Positions 18,544 to 28,903 of a stretch of 64,000 nucleotides of DNA are shown here, one piece after another (position 1 is the stretch's first letter; each line of letters starts with the position of its first letter). The notes below the pieces were generated by a model. The model was not told where the DNA came from and did no database searches. It saw only the letters and a program-made list of their open reading frames with translations. The stretch comes from a virus. The translations under genes and the position numbers were made by a program. Location of the stretch: positions 1 to 64,000 of the IMG/VR virus record IMGVR_UViG_3300025529_000001; one strand, 5' to 3'.

Positions 18544-19708
18544 ATAAATCACTCCAAGTAGATAAATAATGCTCATAGTTTTTAAAGATATGTTCTTTAA
18601 CCATCTTATCTGGAAGTTCATCATTATTATCCAGCATAACAAACATAAATTTCCTATATTCTGGGTTAATTGCTTGATTAACCATTTTTGCAAAATCTTT
18701 TCTATTTTCTTTGCTAGCGTTTGTATATTCTTTCGTGTGTATATAGATAGTAGATAGGATACTTTTAGTTATTTCCAATTGAATATCTAAATTCCTCTTT
18801 AACTCTTCAATTTCTTCCCTAAATTCCTCTGGAATTGACTTAATTAATTCATCAATACTATTTTCTGCCCAAGCTTTCACTTTAGCTTTATCAGATAATC
18901 CATAAATTGCTCTATGTACTCTCAAATACTCATCACCCTTAATCTTTAGGCGTTTACCATTTCCAAACTTAACAATCCAACCTTCTTCGTTGGCAGAAAT
19001 GGTTTTCTTCATTTCTAGCAACTTATGCAAATCGTGTTTATACTCTTTTGTGATTGGCATACCTAAACTATCTGCGATAGCTTTTACTCTAAATAATGGT
19101 TCATCAGTCATCAATGTTAAATTAATAACTCCTAGTGCAACCAAATCTTCAAGACCTTTATAGTCAACCACTACACGATTTTGTGGATAAATAATCTCTA
19201 CCAACATTGTATATGGGAAATTTATATACCCAATCCAATTAAATTTATCTGCATATTTCTCTCTCCATATTTCAGTAGCTTTAATTGCTTGTTTTGATTC
19301 AAAGCTTCCTCTTGTAGCGAATCTAATTTCTCCATTGAAGAAATATGAAATTCCTAAAGAGCCATCCATCTTTTCTGTAATTGATTCAATGTCTGAAAAG
19401 TCAATGTCTTTTTCATAACCTTTATTCTCACCATAGTTAAAGAATTTGCCAAACGGTTTAGCTAATATGTGTATTTTACCATCATCATTTACATCTGTCA
19501 AGTCTAATATCAAACCTCTTGCAGACATTGTATATTTATTCCAGCGTCTTTCATATGTAGCCAAATCAGTATAGTTTAAGATTACTATATTATTATCTTC
19601 TGGATGTTCTCTAATTGTTATATATCCATTGTCTGCTTCGTTTTTATAGTTATTAAACTCATCTAGTGTCATAGTTTGCAAGTTATTATATAGTATCTCC
19701 TTCATCAT
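18536..19708 (-). CDS. RNA ligase (nucleotidyltransferase superfamily)
   Basis: Motif I TEKMDGSLG (KxDG). Other features EGWIVKF and the KIKGDEY lysine motif. Its 8-nt overlap with the downstream kinase/HD gene implies translational coupling. Confidence 0.65.
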   Translation of the reverse strand: MMKEILYNNLQTMTLDEFNNYKNEADNGYITIREHPEDNNIVILNYTDLATYERRWNKYTMSARGLILDLTDVNDDGKIHILAKPFGKFFNYGENKGYEKDIDFSDIESITEKMDGSLGISYFFNGEIRFATRGSFESKQAIKATEIWREKYADKFNWIGYINFPYTMLVEIIYPQNRVVVDYKGLEDLVALGVINLTLMTDEPLFRVKAIADSLGMPITKEYKHDLHKLLEMKKTISANEEGWIVKFGNGKRLKIKGDEYLRVHRAIYGLSDKAKVKAWAENSIDELIKSIPEEFREEIEELKRNLDIQLEITKSILSTIYIHTKEYTNASKENRKDFAKMVNQAINPEYRKFMFVMLDNNDELPDKMVKEHIFKNYEHYLSTWSDLYE

Positions 19709-19739
19709 AATCGCATCTCCTCCTCCTTACGTTAATTAC

Positions 19740-19768
19740 ATTATATCATTATTAATTGCGTTTGTCAA
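19740..19768 (-). promoter_or_regulatory. SigA-type promoter for the RNA ligase/PNK operon
   Basis: Minus strand reads TTGACA-17 nt-TATAAT with TGa. Confidence 0.6.
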
Positions 19769-19797
19769 CACTTTTTATAAGAAAAGGTTAGAATTTT

Positions 19798-20664
19798 TTA
19801 ATCTTCTAACCCTATAATCTTGGCAACGTCAAACAATCCATAGCCTAAAAATCTATTCTTTTTTGTGCCTAGTTTTGCAATCATTTCTTTTATTTGTATA
19901 GGAGTTATTTCAATACCTTGTTTTCTATAGTATGATTTAATCAATGCTAAACCACCTGCAACCAATGGAGAAGCTGTTGAAGTTCCGCTCATATAGGCAT
20001 ATTTACCGTCTTTCCATGTACTTAAAATATCTACAGAAGGTGCTACAATATCCATATCGAAACCGTAATTAGAGAAGTCAGCTCTCTCTAAATTTTGATT
20101 TACACCGCCTACACCAATAACGAAATCATACGAAGCAGGATAAGCCACGTTTTGGATACCATTGTTACCTGTTGCACAAACAATAATTATGCCTTGATAA
20201 TATGCCTTTTTAAGCCTACTTTCCATTATTTGTGGTAGTCTTTTGTTTATACCTAAACTCATACATAATATATCAGCATTAATGTTAATTGCATATGTAA
20301 TACCATCTAAAATTTCTCTAGCACCACCGAAACCATTACTATCTAAAGAATTGACAATATATAATTCTGCGTTAGGTGCAATGCCTGTTTTTTCACCTAC
20401 AATTAAACCTGCAACATGACTGCCATGACCATAATTATCTGTTATTAGTCTAGTAGATTTATCGTATGCATTTATAGTTCCTTTAATTTTATCTCTTAAA
20501 TCTGGATGATTCATATCTACACCAGAATCAACTACTACAACTTTTACACCTTCACCTTTAGTATATTCCCATAATTTAGGGGCGTTTATTGTTTTTACGC
20601 CCCAATCAATATTGAAAGATTTATCAAGACTGTCTATAACTTTAGTCGGATTTAGCTCACTCAT
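19798..20664 (-). CDS. Subtilisin-like (S8) serine protease
   Basis: Catalytic triad contexts VVVVDSGVD (D), GHGSHVAG (H) and SGTSTASPLVAG (S). Confidence 0.8.
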   Translation of the reverse strand: MSELNPTKVIDSLDKSFNIDWGVKTINAPKLWEYTKGEGVKVVVVDSGVDMNHPDLRDKIKGTINAYDKSTRLITDNYGHGSHVAGLIVGEKTGIAPNAELYIVNSLDSNGFGGAREILDGITYAININADILCMSLGINKRLPQIMESRLKKAYYQGIIIVCATGNNGIQNVAYPASYDFVIGVGGVNQNLERADFSNYGFDMDIVAPSVDILSTWKDGKYAYMSGTSTASPLVAGGLALIKSYYRKQGIEITPIQIKEMIAKLGTKKNRFLGYGLFDVAKIIGLED

Positions 20665-20668
20665 GATA

Positions 20669-20944
20669 TTACCTACTTTCTACTACTGTCACAGTTCCCT
20701 CAAATACTCCCCATACTGTATCTGCTTGGAATTTATATGTTTGTGGTTCATAATCATCTTCCATAGGCACTGTCAGATACCATAAATTATCTTCTTTCCA
20801 AGTGATATTAACCAATCTTTCACCTTCTGGCAACTCTAATGTATAGTCGCCACCAAATTTCTTAGCCATCATTTGACTACAGCCAGATAAGAATAGTATA
20901 GATACTAATAGAATACTAACGAATATCTTCTTCATATCTCTCAT
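20669..20944 (-). CDS. Small lipoprotein
   Basis: Signal peptide with lipobox MKKIFVSILLVSILFLSGC. Confidence 0.6.
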   Translation of the reverse strand: MRDMKKIFVSILLVSILFLSGCSQMMAKKFGGDYTLELPEGERLVNITWKEDNLWYLTVPMEDDYEPQTYKFQADTVWGVFEGTVTVVESR

Positions 20945-21091
20945 CTCCTATGTTCTTGCACACCCACTTAATTACAGTTCCTATATCTCCTTCGAAATTA
21001 AACTTTGTGTGTATCCAGTATTTGATATATATTAAACTTGCTAATGTTTAAAGATAAGATACTTCCATCAAACTCCTTGCATTTAGGACAC

Positions 21092-21388
21092 TTAATATAA
21101 TTTGCTTTTCTTTTTACTTGTATTAATTTCTTTTAAGAAAATATTTTCATAGTACCCAGAATACTCATAAAGTTCCGTCATAAAATTGATTGCTTCCCAC
21201 TTCTTTCCAGTTTTTAATAAAACTTTACCAGTCTTAACATTAACAACTATGTACTCTATCATTTTTTTCTCCTTTTTAATAATTTCAAAATCTTTTTCAT
21301 TATAGGCTACTATCCATTCATCAGTATATACTATAATCGAATTGTTAGAGAGTCGCAATCTAAGAGTACGGTTCTTTACTGATTTCAC
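21092..21388 (-). CDS. Hypothetical protein
   Basis: 98-aa ORF. Confidence 0.4.
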   Translation of the reverse strand: MKSVKNRTLRLRLSNNSIIVYTDEWIVAYNEKDFEIIKKEKKMIEYIVVNVKTGKVLLKTGKKWEAINFMTELYEYSGYYENIFLKEINTSKKKSKLY

Positions 21389-21446
21389 TTCATAAAAACC
21401 TCATTTTATTCAGAAATTATTTCTACTTTTCCTAATATTTTTTAGC

Positions 21447-21992
21447 TTATTCGTACTGATTGATAATATTTGCTAAAATTGCGACAGTCTCTCTAAATTT
21501 ACCTCTCACATTTCTAATTACATAATCATAATGATTTTTTTGTGCTATCTCTTGTTCATATGTAGAAATTCTTTTATTTGCTGATTCAATGCTATCTCCA
21601 CGACTTAACATATTCATCACACAATCCTCTTTGGTTGCCCAAATATAAATGCCGATTGCGTTTGGATATTGCTCTTTTATTTGAAGATAGCCACCGTACT
21701 CAACTATAATAAATACGTGCTTATTCCTTCCCATTACACGATTTATTTCTGCATGAGATATACCATAATAGTTTCCATGATATGTAACGTGTTCAGCAAA
21801 TTCTCCATTTTCATGCATTTTTGTAAATACTTCTTTGTTAACAAAATAGTAAGTTTCTCCGTCAACTTCTCCATCTCGCATAGGTCTTGTTGTGTGAGAA
21901 ATACATTCATCCCAATATCTATACTTTTTGAGTTCATGTGCCAATGTTGTTTTTCCAGTACCAGAAGCACCTGTTATTAGAAAAATAGCCAT
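21447..21992 (-). CDS. gmk: Guanylate kinase
   Basis: GASGTGKTTL P-loop and SHTTRPMRDGEVDGETYYFV signature. Start chosen at MAIFLITG, where AGGAGGA lies 8 nt upstream. Confidence 0.75.
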   Translation of the reverse strand: MAIFLITGASGTGKTTLAHELKKYRYWDECISHTTRPMRDGEVDGETYYFVNKEVFTKMHENGEFAEHVTYHGNYYGISHAEINRVMGRNKHVFIIVEYGGYLQIKEQYPNAIGIYIWATKEDCVMNMLSRGDSIESANKRISTYEQEIAQKNHYDYVIRNVRGKFRETVAILANIINQYE

Positions 21993-22083
21993 GTGTATCA
22001 TCCTCCTATAATTAACCCAATTTGAAAAAGTAGTACTAATATCAATCCCAAAATTAAACTTCCTTCATTTCCATTATGTTATT

Positions 22084-22112
22084 ATTATATCATTATTTTT
22101 TATGTTTGTCAA
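22084..22112 (-). promoter_or_regulatory. SigA-type promoter
   Basis: Minus strand reads TTGACA-17 nt-TATAAT with TGa. Confidence 0.6.
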
Positions 22113-22184
22113 TAGATTTTTTAAAACTTTAAAGAAAATAGGGAAAAGATAGTAATAATTTTTTCATAAATGAATCTTTACCTT

Positions 22185-22430
22185 TTATTGTTTACGATTT
22201 TGTTTTCTTGATTTCTTAGCGTTCTTACGCTTTAATTTATTTTTCTTTTTATCTCTTTTAGGTTTTGTGGAGTTTGCACTTTTCATTCGTTTGTACTTCT
22301 GGTATTCTCTAGCTTCTTTTTTGAAAAGTTCCCACATTTCTCGCACTTCTTCTTCGGTTAATTCTTCTTCTTCTGCAACTTCCTTGATAATCTCATCTTC
22401 TGTTTTTGGTATAAATTTATCTTCCATCAT
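22185..22430 (-). CDS. Hypothetical highly charged protein
   Basis: Start set at MMEDKF with a GGGAGAG RBS. Acidic N-terminal half and a lysine/arginine-rich tail. Confidence 0.4.
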   Translation of the reverse strand: MMEDKFIPKTEDEIIKEVAEEEELTEEEVREMWELFKKEAREYQKYKRMKSANSTKPKRDKKKNKLKRKNAKKSRKQNRKQ

Positions 22431-22734
22431 CCGTATCTCTCCCTTTTGTGTATTTTTCTGCGAAAAGTTTAAATTTTTCATTAAATAATTCTTCGATTTC
22501 TTCATCTTCGAATCGCTCTTTTGCCACTTCATACAGAGCGTCATAGCTAATTGCTAACTCATTTCCTATTCTCATTAAACTTTCAATATCATCAATAAGC
22601 TCCATATTGTCTCTAGCTAATAATTGATTATGCCTAGTTATTCTACTTATTTTTATTTCATATGAAAAGACTGAAATAAATATAACTATTGCACAAGATA
22701 TTAATATAACTGTTGTCATATCCATATTAATCAC
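22417..22734 (-). CDS. Small membrane protein
   Basis: N-terminal TM helix TTVILISCAIVIFISVF. Confidence 0.45.
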   Translation of the reverse strand: MINMDMTTVILISCAIVIFISVFSYEIKISRITRHNQLLARDNMELIDDIESLMRIGNELAISYDALYEVAKERFEDEEIEELFNEKFKLFAEKYTKGRDTDDGR

Positions 22735-22795
22735 CCCAAACTAGTGTTTTTCTTTTTATGACCACCATTATATATCATGTTGCCACCTTGTTTAT

Positions 22796-22824
22796 ACTAT
22801 ATCATTATTATTAGTATTTGTCAA
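22796..22824 (-). promoter_or_regulatory. SigA-type promoter
   Basis: Minus strand reads TTGACA-17 nt-TATAGT with TGa. Confidence 0.55.
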
Positions 22825-22906
22825 TAGTAAAAAATGTAGGAAGAGAAAAACTCTCTTCCTTATTCACATTCAACAACTCCATTTAATGAAACCCATATTT
22901 CATTCA

Positions 22907-23662
22907 TTACTTATTTGTTGACCCCCAGCCATTTGTACCTCTTGTACTAGGTTTGTTCAGTAGCTCATCATAAGTAATATGCTTATCTTTTGCTCTTGAT
23001 TGAGAAATTACAACAGCTTGACAAATTGCTTTATGATATGGGATAAAGTATGTATTTGTAGCTTCATCAAAATACATTTTTTCAACTTCACTAGAAATAA
23101 CAACATCTGCAACTAAAGGCACTACTTGAAGAATGACTTCTCCCTGATATGTAGAATCGATTAATCCACTTACGTTGATTAACCCACAGCTCCCGATAGA
23201 TGACCGTTCATGCTTTAATGATAGGAAATCTTCCTTATCTAAATATGAAGCAAATCCTAAAGGAATTTTAGCTAATGTTAGTCGTGGAATATGTAGCTCA
23301 TAAACCTCTTTACCTTCACGAATTACAGGCTCTAATCGTGCATAACAATCTCTACCTGCATTTTCTTCATTTTTAGTTGGTATTACCCCACCTTTAACAG
23401 ATGCAAAATAAGTAACTTTTTCTCGTCTTTCTTTACGTTTTTGTTGAATTAATTTTTGCTTTGCCTTGTATTTGAGTACGTCTACGAGCCATAATGGAAA
23501 TGTGTGTTCAACTTCTCCATTATCAGTACTCTCTAACACTGTAATAGTTAAATCATCTTTATTCACAGCTTTAACTTTTACTGGCTTCTTTAATTCTACA
23601 GACCAAACAATTTGACCTTCTTTATAATAGCGTTTCGATTTCTTATTTTGTTTATTTGACAT
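22907..23662 (-). CDS. dut: dUTPase-fold protein with N-terminal extension
   Basis: AGRDCYA, RSSIGSCGL and GLIDSTYQGEV correspond to dUTPase motifs 1-3. About 90 extra N-terminal residues. Confidence 0.55.
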   Translation of the reverse strand: MSNKQNKKSKRYYKEGQIVWSVELKKPVKVKAVNKDDLTITVLESTDNGEVEHTFPLWLVDVLKYKAKQKLIQQKRKERREKVTYFASVKGGVIPTKNEENAGRDCYARLEPVIREGKEVYELHIPRLTLAKIPLGFASYLDKEDFLSLKHERSSIGSCGLINVSGLIDSTYQGEVILQVVPLVADVVISSEVEKMYFDEATNTYFIPYHKAICQAVVISQSRAKDKHITYDELLNKPSTRGTNGWGSTNK

Positions 23663-23747
23663 AATAAAAATCTCTCCTTTTTGTTTTGATTGCTTTGTAT
23701 ATTAATAACAGAAAGGGAAGTTACTTCCCTTTTCATTTACATTGACT

Positions 23748-23776
23748 ATTATACTATTATTTTTTATTTTTGTCAA
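23748..23776 (-). promoter_or_regulatory. SigA-type promoter
   Basis: Minus strand reads TTGACA-17 nt-TATAAT. A GGGAAGT/ACTTCCC hairpin (23715..23729) follows in the leader. Confidence 0.55.
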
Positions 23777-23790
23777 GGGAGTTTATTAAA

Positions 23791-24775
23791 TTAATAGTCA
23801 TAATCTGAATCTTGCATCTCTTCTACTTCCGACAATAAGTAACCATTACCTACTGTAGAGAAAAAGTCATGATTTGTTGTTCCTGTTGACAATCCGTTTA
23901 TAACAATTGGATTTACATCTTCTGCTGTATCTGGGAATAGAGGCTCGAATCCTAAATTCATTAATGCTTTATTTGCATTATATCTTACAAAAGTTTTAAC
24001 ATCTTCTGTCCAACCAACTTCATCATATAGAAACTCTGTATACACCATTTCATTTTCATATAGCTCATATAATAATTGATATGCCCATGATTTTAATTCT
24101 TGCTGTTCCTTTTCTGATAATTCATTGTATCCTAATTGGAATTTGTACCCAATATAAGTACCATGCACAGATTCATCACGAATAATTAGCTTAATTACCT
24201 CTGCTGTATTGATTAATTTGGCTTTACCAAGATAATAGATAGGGGTATAGAATCCACTATAAAATAAGAATGATTCTAAAAATACACTAGCAACTTTCTT
24301 TTGTAGTGGTGTGCCATTTTGATAAACATTATTAATCAATTTTGCTTTCTTTTGTAAATGTTCATTATTATCTGTCCATTCAAAGATACTCTTAATCTCA
24401 CTATTAGTATTTAGTGTACTAAAGATAGAAGAATAGCTTCTAGCATGTTCTGATTCCATGAATTGAATATTATTATAAACTGCAATTTCATGTTGAGTTC
24501 TAGCGTCTTCACGAATCGCTAATCCACCTTCTTCTGATTGCAACGTGTCCAACAGTGCCAATCCTCCAAACACTCTTTCAACAAGTCGCTGTTCTTCTCT
24601 TGACATATTTCTCCAATCTGTTTTATCTTTACCTACAGGCATTCTGGTAGATAACCAGAATTGCTCTGTAAGTTTTTCATAAGTCATTTTGTCAACCATA
24701 TCTTCGATGGCGTTCCAGTTTACTGTTTTGTATACATTATCACTAGGTTTATTAATTCTAGGCATAAACTTCATT
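23791..24775 (-). CDS. nrdF: Ribonucleotide reductase class Ib beta subunit
   Basis: Di-metal ligand motifs MESEHARSY and IRDESVHGTY. Start set at MKFMPRINK, where AGGAGGA is upstream. C-terminal acidic tail DSDYDY. Confidence 0.85.
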
Positions 24776-24787
24776 CCTCCTATGTTG

Positions 24788-25235
24788 TTAAATTGAGCAA
24801 CTTTCGCAATAGTTAGCACCGATTTCATTTCCGTCTTCTGAGTATGTTCTAATGTAGTAAATGGATTTTACTCCTTTTTTCCATGCATAGTTACGTAAAA
24901 TATTTAAATCTCTAGTTGTTTTCTTGGTTGGATATTTACTATTCACTTTCCACTCATACATACCTTCTGGTAGCTCTGTTCGCATAAATAATGTCATACT
25001 TGCACCTTGGTCAATGTGTTTCCCTGCTACTGCATATGTATCAATAATTTTCCTTTGGTCAATATCATATGCTGAAACATAGTAAGGGATTGTTTCGTTA
25101 GACAAGTACGGTGCAGGGTAGTAAACTTTTCCACGCTTTCCTTCTGTTCTTTCTTCGATTTTTTGAGTAATTGGATGAATGGAAGCTGTCGATTCACTTA
25201 CATAACTAATACTGCCAGTAGGGGCAACTGCTAAT
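24788..25235 (-). CDS. nrdE: Ribonucleotide reductase class Ib alpha subunit, exon 3 of 3
   Basis: (L)LAVAPTGSISYV... through the C-terminal redox pair CESCSI. Junction YNAY-L-LAVAPTGS, with U ending the exon and G ending the intron. Confidence 0.8.
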
Positions 25236-25593
25236 CTATCCTTTATACCCTCCCTTTCGGGATACTTTAACACTTCTCTAGGAAGTGGGAGTAGACTATA
25301 CAATCATCTGACAATATATTTTAATTTTAATGGGTAATTATCGCCACTATGAATCTTCCTGATTGTCAGATGCGGATATGGTAGTCGTTGAGGGTCTACC
25401 TATACGGTAGTTCCCTGCTGATTACCCATTGTACTTATAGAGTCCATTTCTGCTCTCTATAAATCCCTTCACTTTTTTCTGCTCTCGCTCCATTACATCT
25501 ATCCTTTCGGATTCCGCTTTGGCAGAAGGGCTTTAGGGCTTTCCAGCATTTAAATCCGTTATTCAATTACATGTCACCATGTAATGGCACAAA
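25236..25593 (-). mobile_element. ORF-less group I-like intron (nrdE intron 2)
   Basis: 358-nt ORF-free insert. Shares sequence blocks with the polymerase introns (tactttaacacttctctagg.agtgggagtagactata; gtagtcgttgagggt; ccctgctgattacccatt). Confidence 0.7.
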
Positions 25594-26735
25594 AAATATG
25601 CATTGTATAAACCATATTTTTTAATTTTTTCCTCAAGCTTCTTCCAATCTTCTAAAGAAGGAATAAAAATGTTTTTGAATAGTTTTTTAATCTTATCAAA
25701 CTTAAAACTAAATTCATTTGATTCTTTATATCCATCAATTTTAGATAGATATTTTCTAAAATATTCTCCATTTGCATATTCAGATTTTTCAAATTCATGG
25801 AATGTTTTTCCACGCTCTTTGGCAATATTATTGCTTTCAACCAAAGTCCAATAGTTCAATAGCATAAAGTAAATGTCTACAAATTCTAAAGCTTCTGGTG
25901 AGCCATAATGAATTTTGTTTTTAGCTAAGAAACCATGTAAGTTCATAGCACCTAAACCGACAGAATGATATAATTCGTTTCCTTTTTTAATAGTAGGTAC
26001 TACTTCAATATTAGACTCATCAGACACAAACGTTAATGCTCTTAACATTGTTCGTACTGATTTACCAAAATCTGGTGAATCCATTAAATTTACAATATTG
26101 GTTGAGCCTAAATTACAACTAACATCATGACCTAACACTTCATATGTTTGGTCATTGTTGATGATAGAATCTTTTTGTACTTGAAAAACCTCTGTACACA
26201 AATTACTCATTAAGATTCTACCATGAATAGGGTTTGCTCGGTTTGCATGGTCAATATTAATAATATATGGATAACCTGACTCATTCTGTAAGTTGCTAAT
26301 CTCTGTTTCGAGTTCACGTGCTTTGATTTTAATTTTTCTAATATTATCATTTGCTACCATTCTATTGTACTCTTCTGTAATATCAACTTCTGAGAATGGT
26401 TTACCGTATTCTTTTTGTACATCATATGGTGAGAATAAATACATATCATCATCATTTTTAATTAACTCATAGAATTTATCTGGTACAATTAAACCTAATG
26501 ATAATGTCTTAATACGTACTTTTTCATCTGCATTTTCCTTACGCACAGAGAGAAAATCTACAACATCAGCATGGAAAATGTTTAGATATACTACTCCTGC
26601 ACCATCTCTTGCACCACCTTGATTTGCATATGAGAAAGCATCTTCATATAATTTCATCACAGGTACAACACCATCTGCAAGTCCGTAGACCCCTTTGATT
26701 GGGTCATTGTTTGCACGAATATTTGATAGGTTAAT
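25594..26735 (-). CDS. nrdE: Ribonucleotide reductase class Ib alpha subunit, exon 2 of 3
   Basis: INLSNIRANNDPIKG...ANQGGARDGAG...SNLCTEV...CNLGSTN (active-site cysteines/Asn-Glu region). Confidence 0.8.
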
Positions 26736-27645
26736 CAGTTATCCCTTATGTTTCCATAAGGACTAGACTATATCTTGTAAGATATTACAATCTTACCCTT
26801 GCACTTCCATTGGTGATAAACTCCAATGTACTCTACTCGCTTCCATCTTACGATGTGCTTTCGATAGTCGTTGCATCTTCATTGCAAAATTCCCAAATGA
26901 AACCTCCGCATGTTCCATTTCTTCTCTTCATTGATTTGGTTATAGATGTTTGAGTAACCCCAATATCTATGCTCGCTTCTTTGAGAGAATTATATATCTT
27001 AATGACTTCGCCTGTATTCTTATCTATCTTTTTAACAGGTTTATTCATTCCTCCATTGTTACCTTTTCTCCCTAATACATCGAATGCATGTTTCGTATTA
27101 TATGAAACAGTTACCCATTCAAGATTTTCCACTCTATTATCATCTTTAATACCATTTTTATGATTAACTACAGGTAAATTATTTGGATTATCAATAAATG
27201 TTTCAGCTACTAATACATGCACTCTTTTATAATGCCTTTTCCGTCTACTCTAAACGCTATTTTCAAATAGCCATCTTTATCATATGTAGGTATTAATTCT
27301 TTTTCTTTTATGTAAGTATATGAATTTTTATTTTTCCATTTAGCATATCTTTCTTTTCTAATTATCTTACCTGTATTACTTATTTTATAATATTCTTCAA
27401 ATCCTCTAACATCTTTCCACTCTTCCATTTTCACCACCCTTTAAACTGTATTATGCGGAATTTTGCAATGCTTGACACAGGATTACCATATCGTTATACC
27501 ATTATATTTTACTTTAGTATTCGACTTAGGCTTCCCTGTTAGCACAACGGTTAATGAGTCATTTCCTACTCAAAGCTAAACGCCAGTTGCACACCTCTTT
27601 ATCATGAGTTCGCAAGGTTTATAGTGGGCATAACTCTAAAAGTCT
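26736..27645 (-). mobile_element. Group I-like intron with (frameshifted) HNH endonuclease ORF (nrdE intron 1)
   Basis: 910-nt insert. The junction restores GGGVG|INLSNIRA. The upstream exon ends ...GGU and the intron ends ...AACUG. Confidence 0.75.
26848..27437 (-). pseudogene. HNH homing endonuclease split by a frameshift
   Basis: The N-part (27210..27437) carries NUMOD4-like EEWKDVRGFEEYYKISNTGKI. The C-part (26848..27222) carries VHVLVAETFIDNP...VNHKNGIKDDNRVENLEW plus GGFIW. The frames differ by one nucleotide and can be joined near the A4 run (plus-strand tttt at 27237..27240). Confidence 0.6.
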
Positions 27646-28263
27646 ACCCACTCCTCCTCCAATTTTTGACAGTTGCAATGCAGAGTTAACACTTCTACCA
27701 ATACCATGCATATCATCAGAAACTGTGATGAGATAGCACGACACCATCTCGCCTGCTCTAGCCTTGCCAATATTTAAAAATGTAGGTGTAGCAGGTTGGT
27801 AACGTTGGTTAATTAATTCGTCTGCCAAATCTAAAGCAAATTGTTCATCACCGTTAGCTAATGCCAATGCATTAAATGCAATCCTATCTTCATATCGTTC
27901 TAAAAATCTTTCACCATCATTAGTTTTTAATGCATATTGAGAATAAAATTTATAAGCCCCCATAAAGCTTTTAAATCTGAATTTTTTGTCATATATCTTT
28001 TTAAATAATTTTTTAATAAATTTTCTATCATATTTTTCTAGGAAATCTTTTTTAATGTAATTATTCTCAACTAAATAATCTAACTTTTCATCGAGTGTAT
28101 GGAAAAATACAGTATTTGGATTTACATACTCCAAAAAGTAAGCTCTTACTGCTTCTTTATCCTTGTCTAATTGGATTCTACCATCTTTAGGTATATTTAA
28201 TAGGTTGTTTAATTCAAAGTATGTTGTTTTCTTTGTTTGTTTACTTAGTTTTGGTGACTTCAA
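27646..28263 (-). CDS. nrdE: Ribonucleotide reductase class Ib alpha subunit, exon 1 of 3
   Basis: N-terminal NrdE region ...YFELNN...QPATPTFLN.GKARAGEMVSCYL...LSKIGGGVG. Confidence 0.8.
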
Positions 28264-28621
28264 TTTTATGCACTTCCTTTTTAAATTTTTCTACATCAAC
28301 ATTGTTACCACTTTTTTCAAAATCAAAAATTATTGGTACATTCAGTCTTTTAGATAAATCTTTGGCACTAAATATATATTTAGTACCAAAATTTTTCTCT
28401 CCACCACCAATAATACCTTTTAGATATTTTTTGTTATCTTTATATGTAATAAATTGTTCAGCAATATCTGTTAACATATCGCTGTATGTAGGAAGAATAA
28501 ATACGTAATCTTCATTTACTTCCACCTTTGGTTGCATTTGGTCAATTTCTAAAGACTTCATATCAAGTTTTTTAACAAATCTCCTAGTATTTCCTGTCAA
28601 AGAAATATAAACTACCAACAT
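28241..28621 (-). CDS. nrdI: NrdI flavodoxin-like protein
   Basis: MLVVYISLTGNTRRFV N-terminal signature. Position between nrdH and nrdE. Confidence 0.8.
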   Translation of the reverse strand: MLVVYISLTGNTRRFVKKLDMKSLEIDQMQPKVEVNEDYVFILPTYSDMLTDIAEQFITYKDNKKYLKGIIGGGEKNFGTKYIFSAKDLSKRLNVPIIFDFEKSGNNVDVEKFKKEVHKIEVTKTK

Positions 28622-28622
28622 A

Positions 28623-28886
28623 TTACTTCAACTCTTTCAATTTATCTGGTTGGAAACCTCCAAATGGCTCATGTCCATCTGCAACAACAACAGGTGTGGC
28701 TGAAAATCCTAAATCTTCTTTAATGTACTCAATAGGATTTTTCTTAACAATTTGTCCGTCAATCTCTACTTCAATTTCATTTACTTCTTCGATGTTAATT
28801 GTTTTAAATTCAACTCCTTTATTTTTTAATACCATTTTTGTCATTTCACACGCAGGACAATTATTTTTTGTGTAAACTTTAATCAT
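28623..28886 (-). CDS. nrdH: NrdH-like glutaredoxin
   Basis: 87 aa with CPAC redox motif (VYTKNNCPACEMTK). Immediately upstream of nrdI. Confidence 0.75.
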   Translation of the reverse strand: MIKVYTKNNCPACEMTKMVLKNKGVEFKTINIEEVNEIEVEIDGQIVKKNPIEYIKEDLGFSATPVVVADGHEPFGGFQPDKLKELK

Positions 28887-28903
28887 CTATATCTTCTCCT
28901 TAT

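Noticed and set aside
17533-18693. A 386-aa version of the kinase/HD ORF with a 50-aa N-terminal extension.
   Set aside because: The extension overlaps the RNA ligase gene out of frame. The P-loop protein starts naturally at MSNEQRF, with ATGAGTAA stop/start coupling.
20950-21120. Possible -1 frameshift extension of the 21092..21388 gene into a CPKC zinc-ribbon-like frame (…KANYIKCPKCKEFDGS…), entered near AGTAAAAAGAAAAGC.
   Set aside because: The alternative frame has no start codon of its own. The slippery site is imperfect (only five A before G) and only half a zinc ribbon is present. That is too speculative without read or proteomic evidence.
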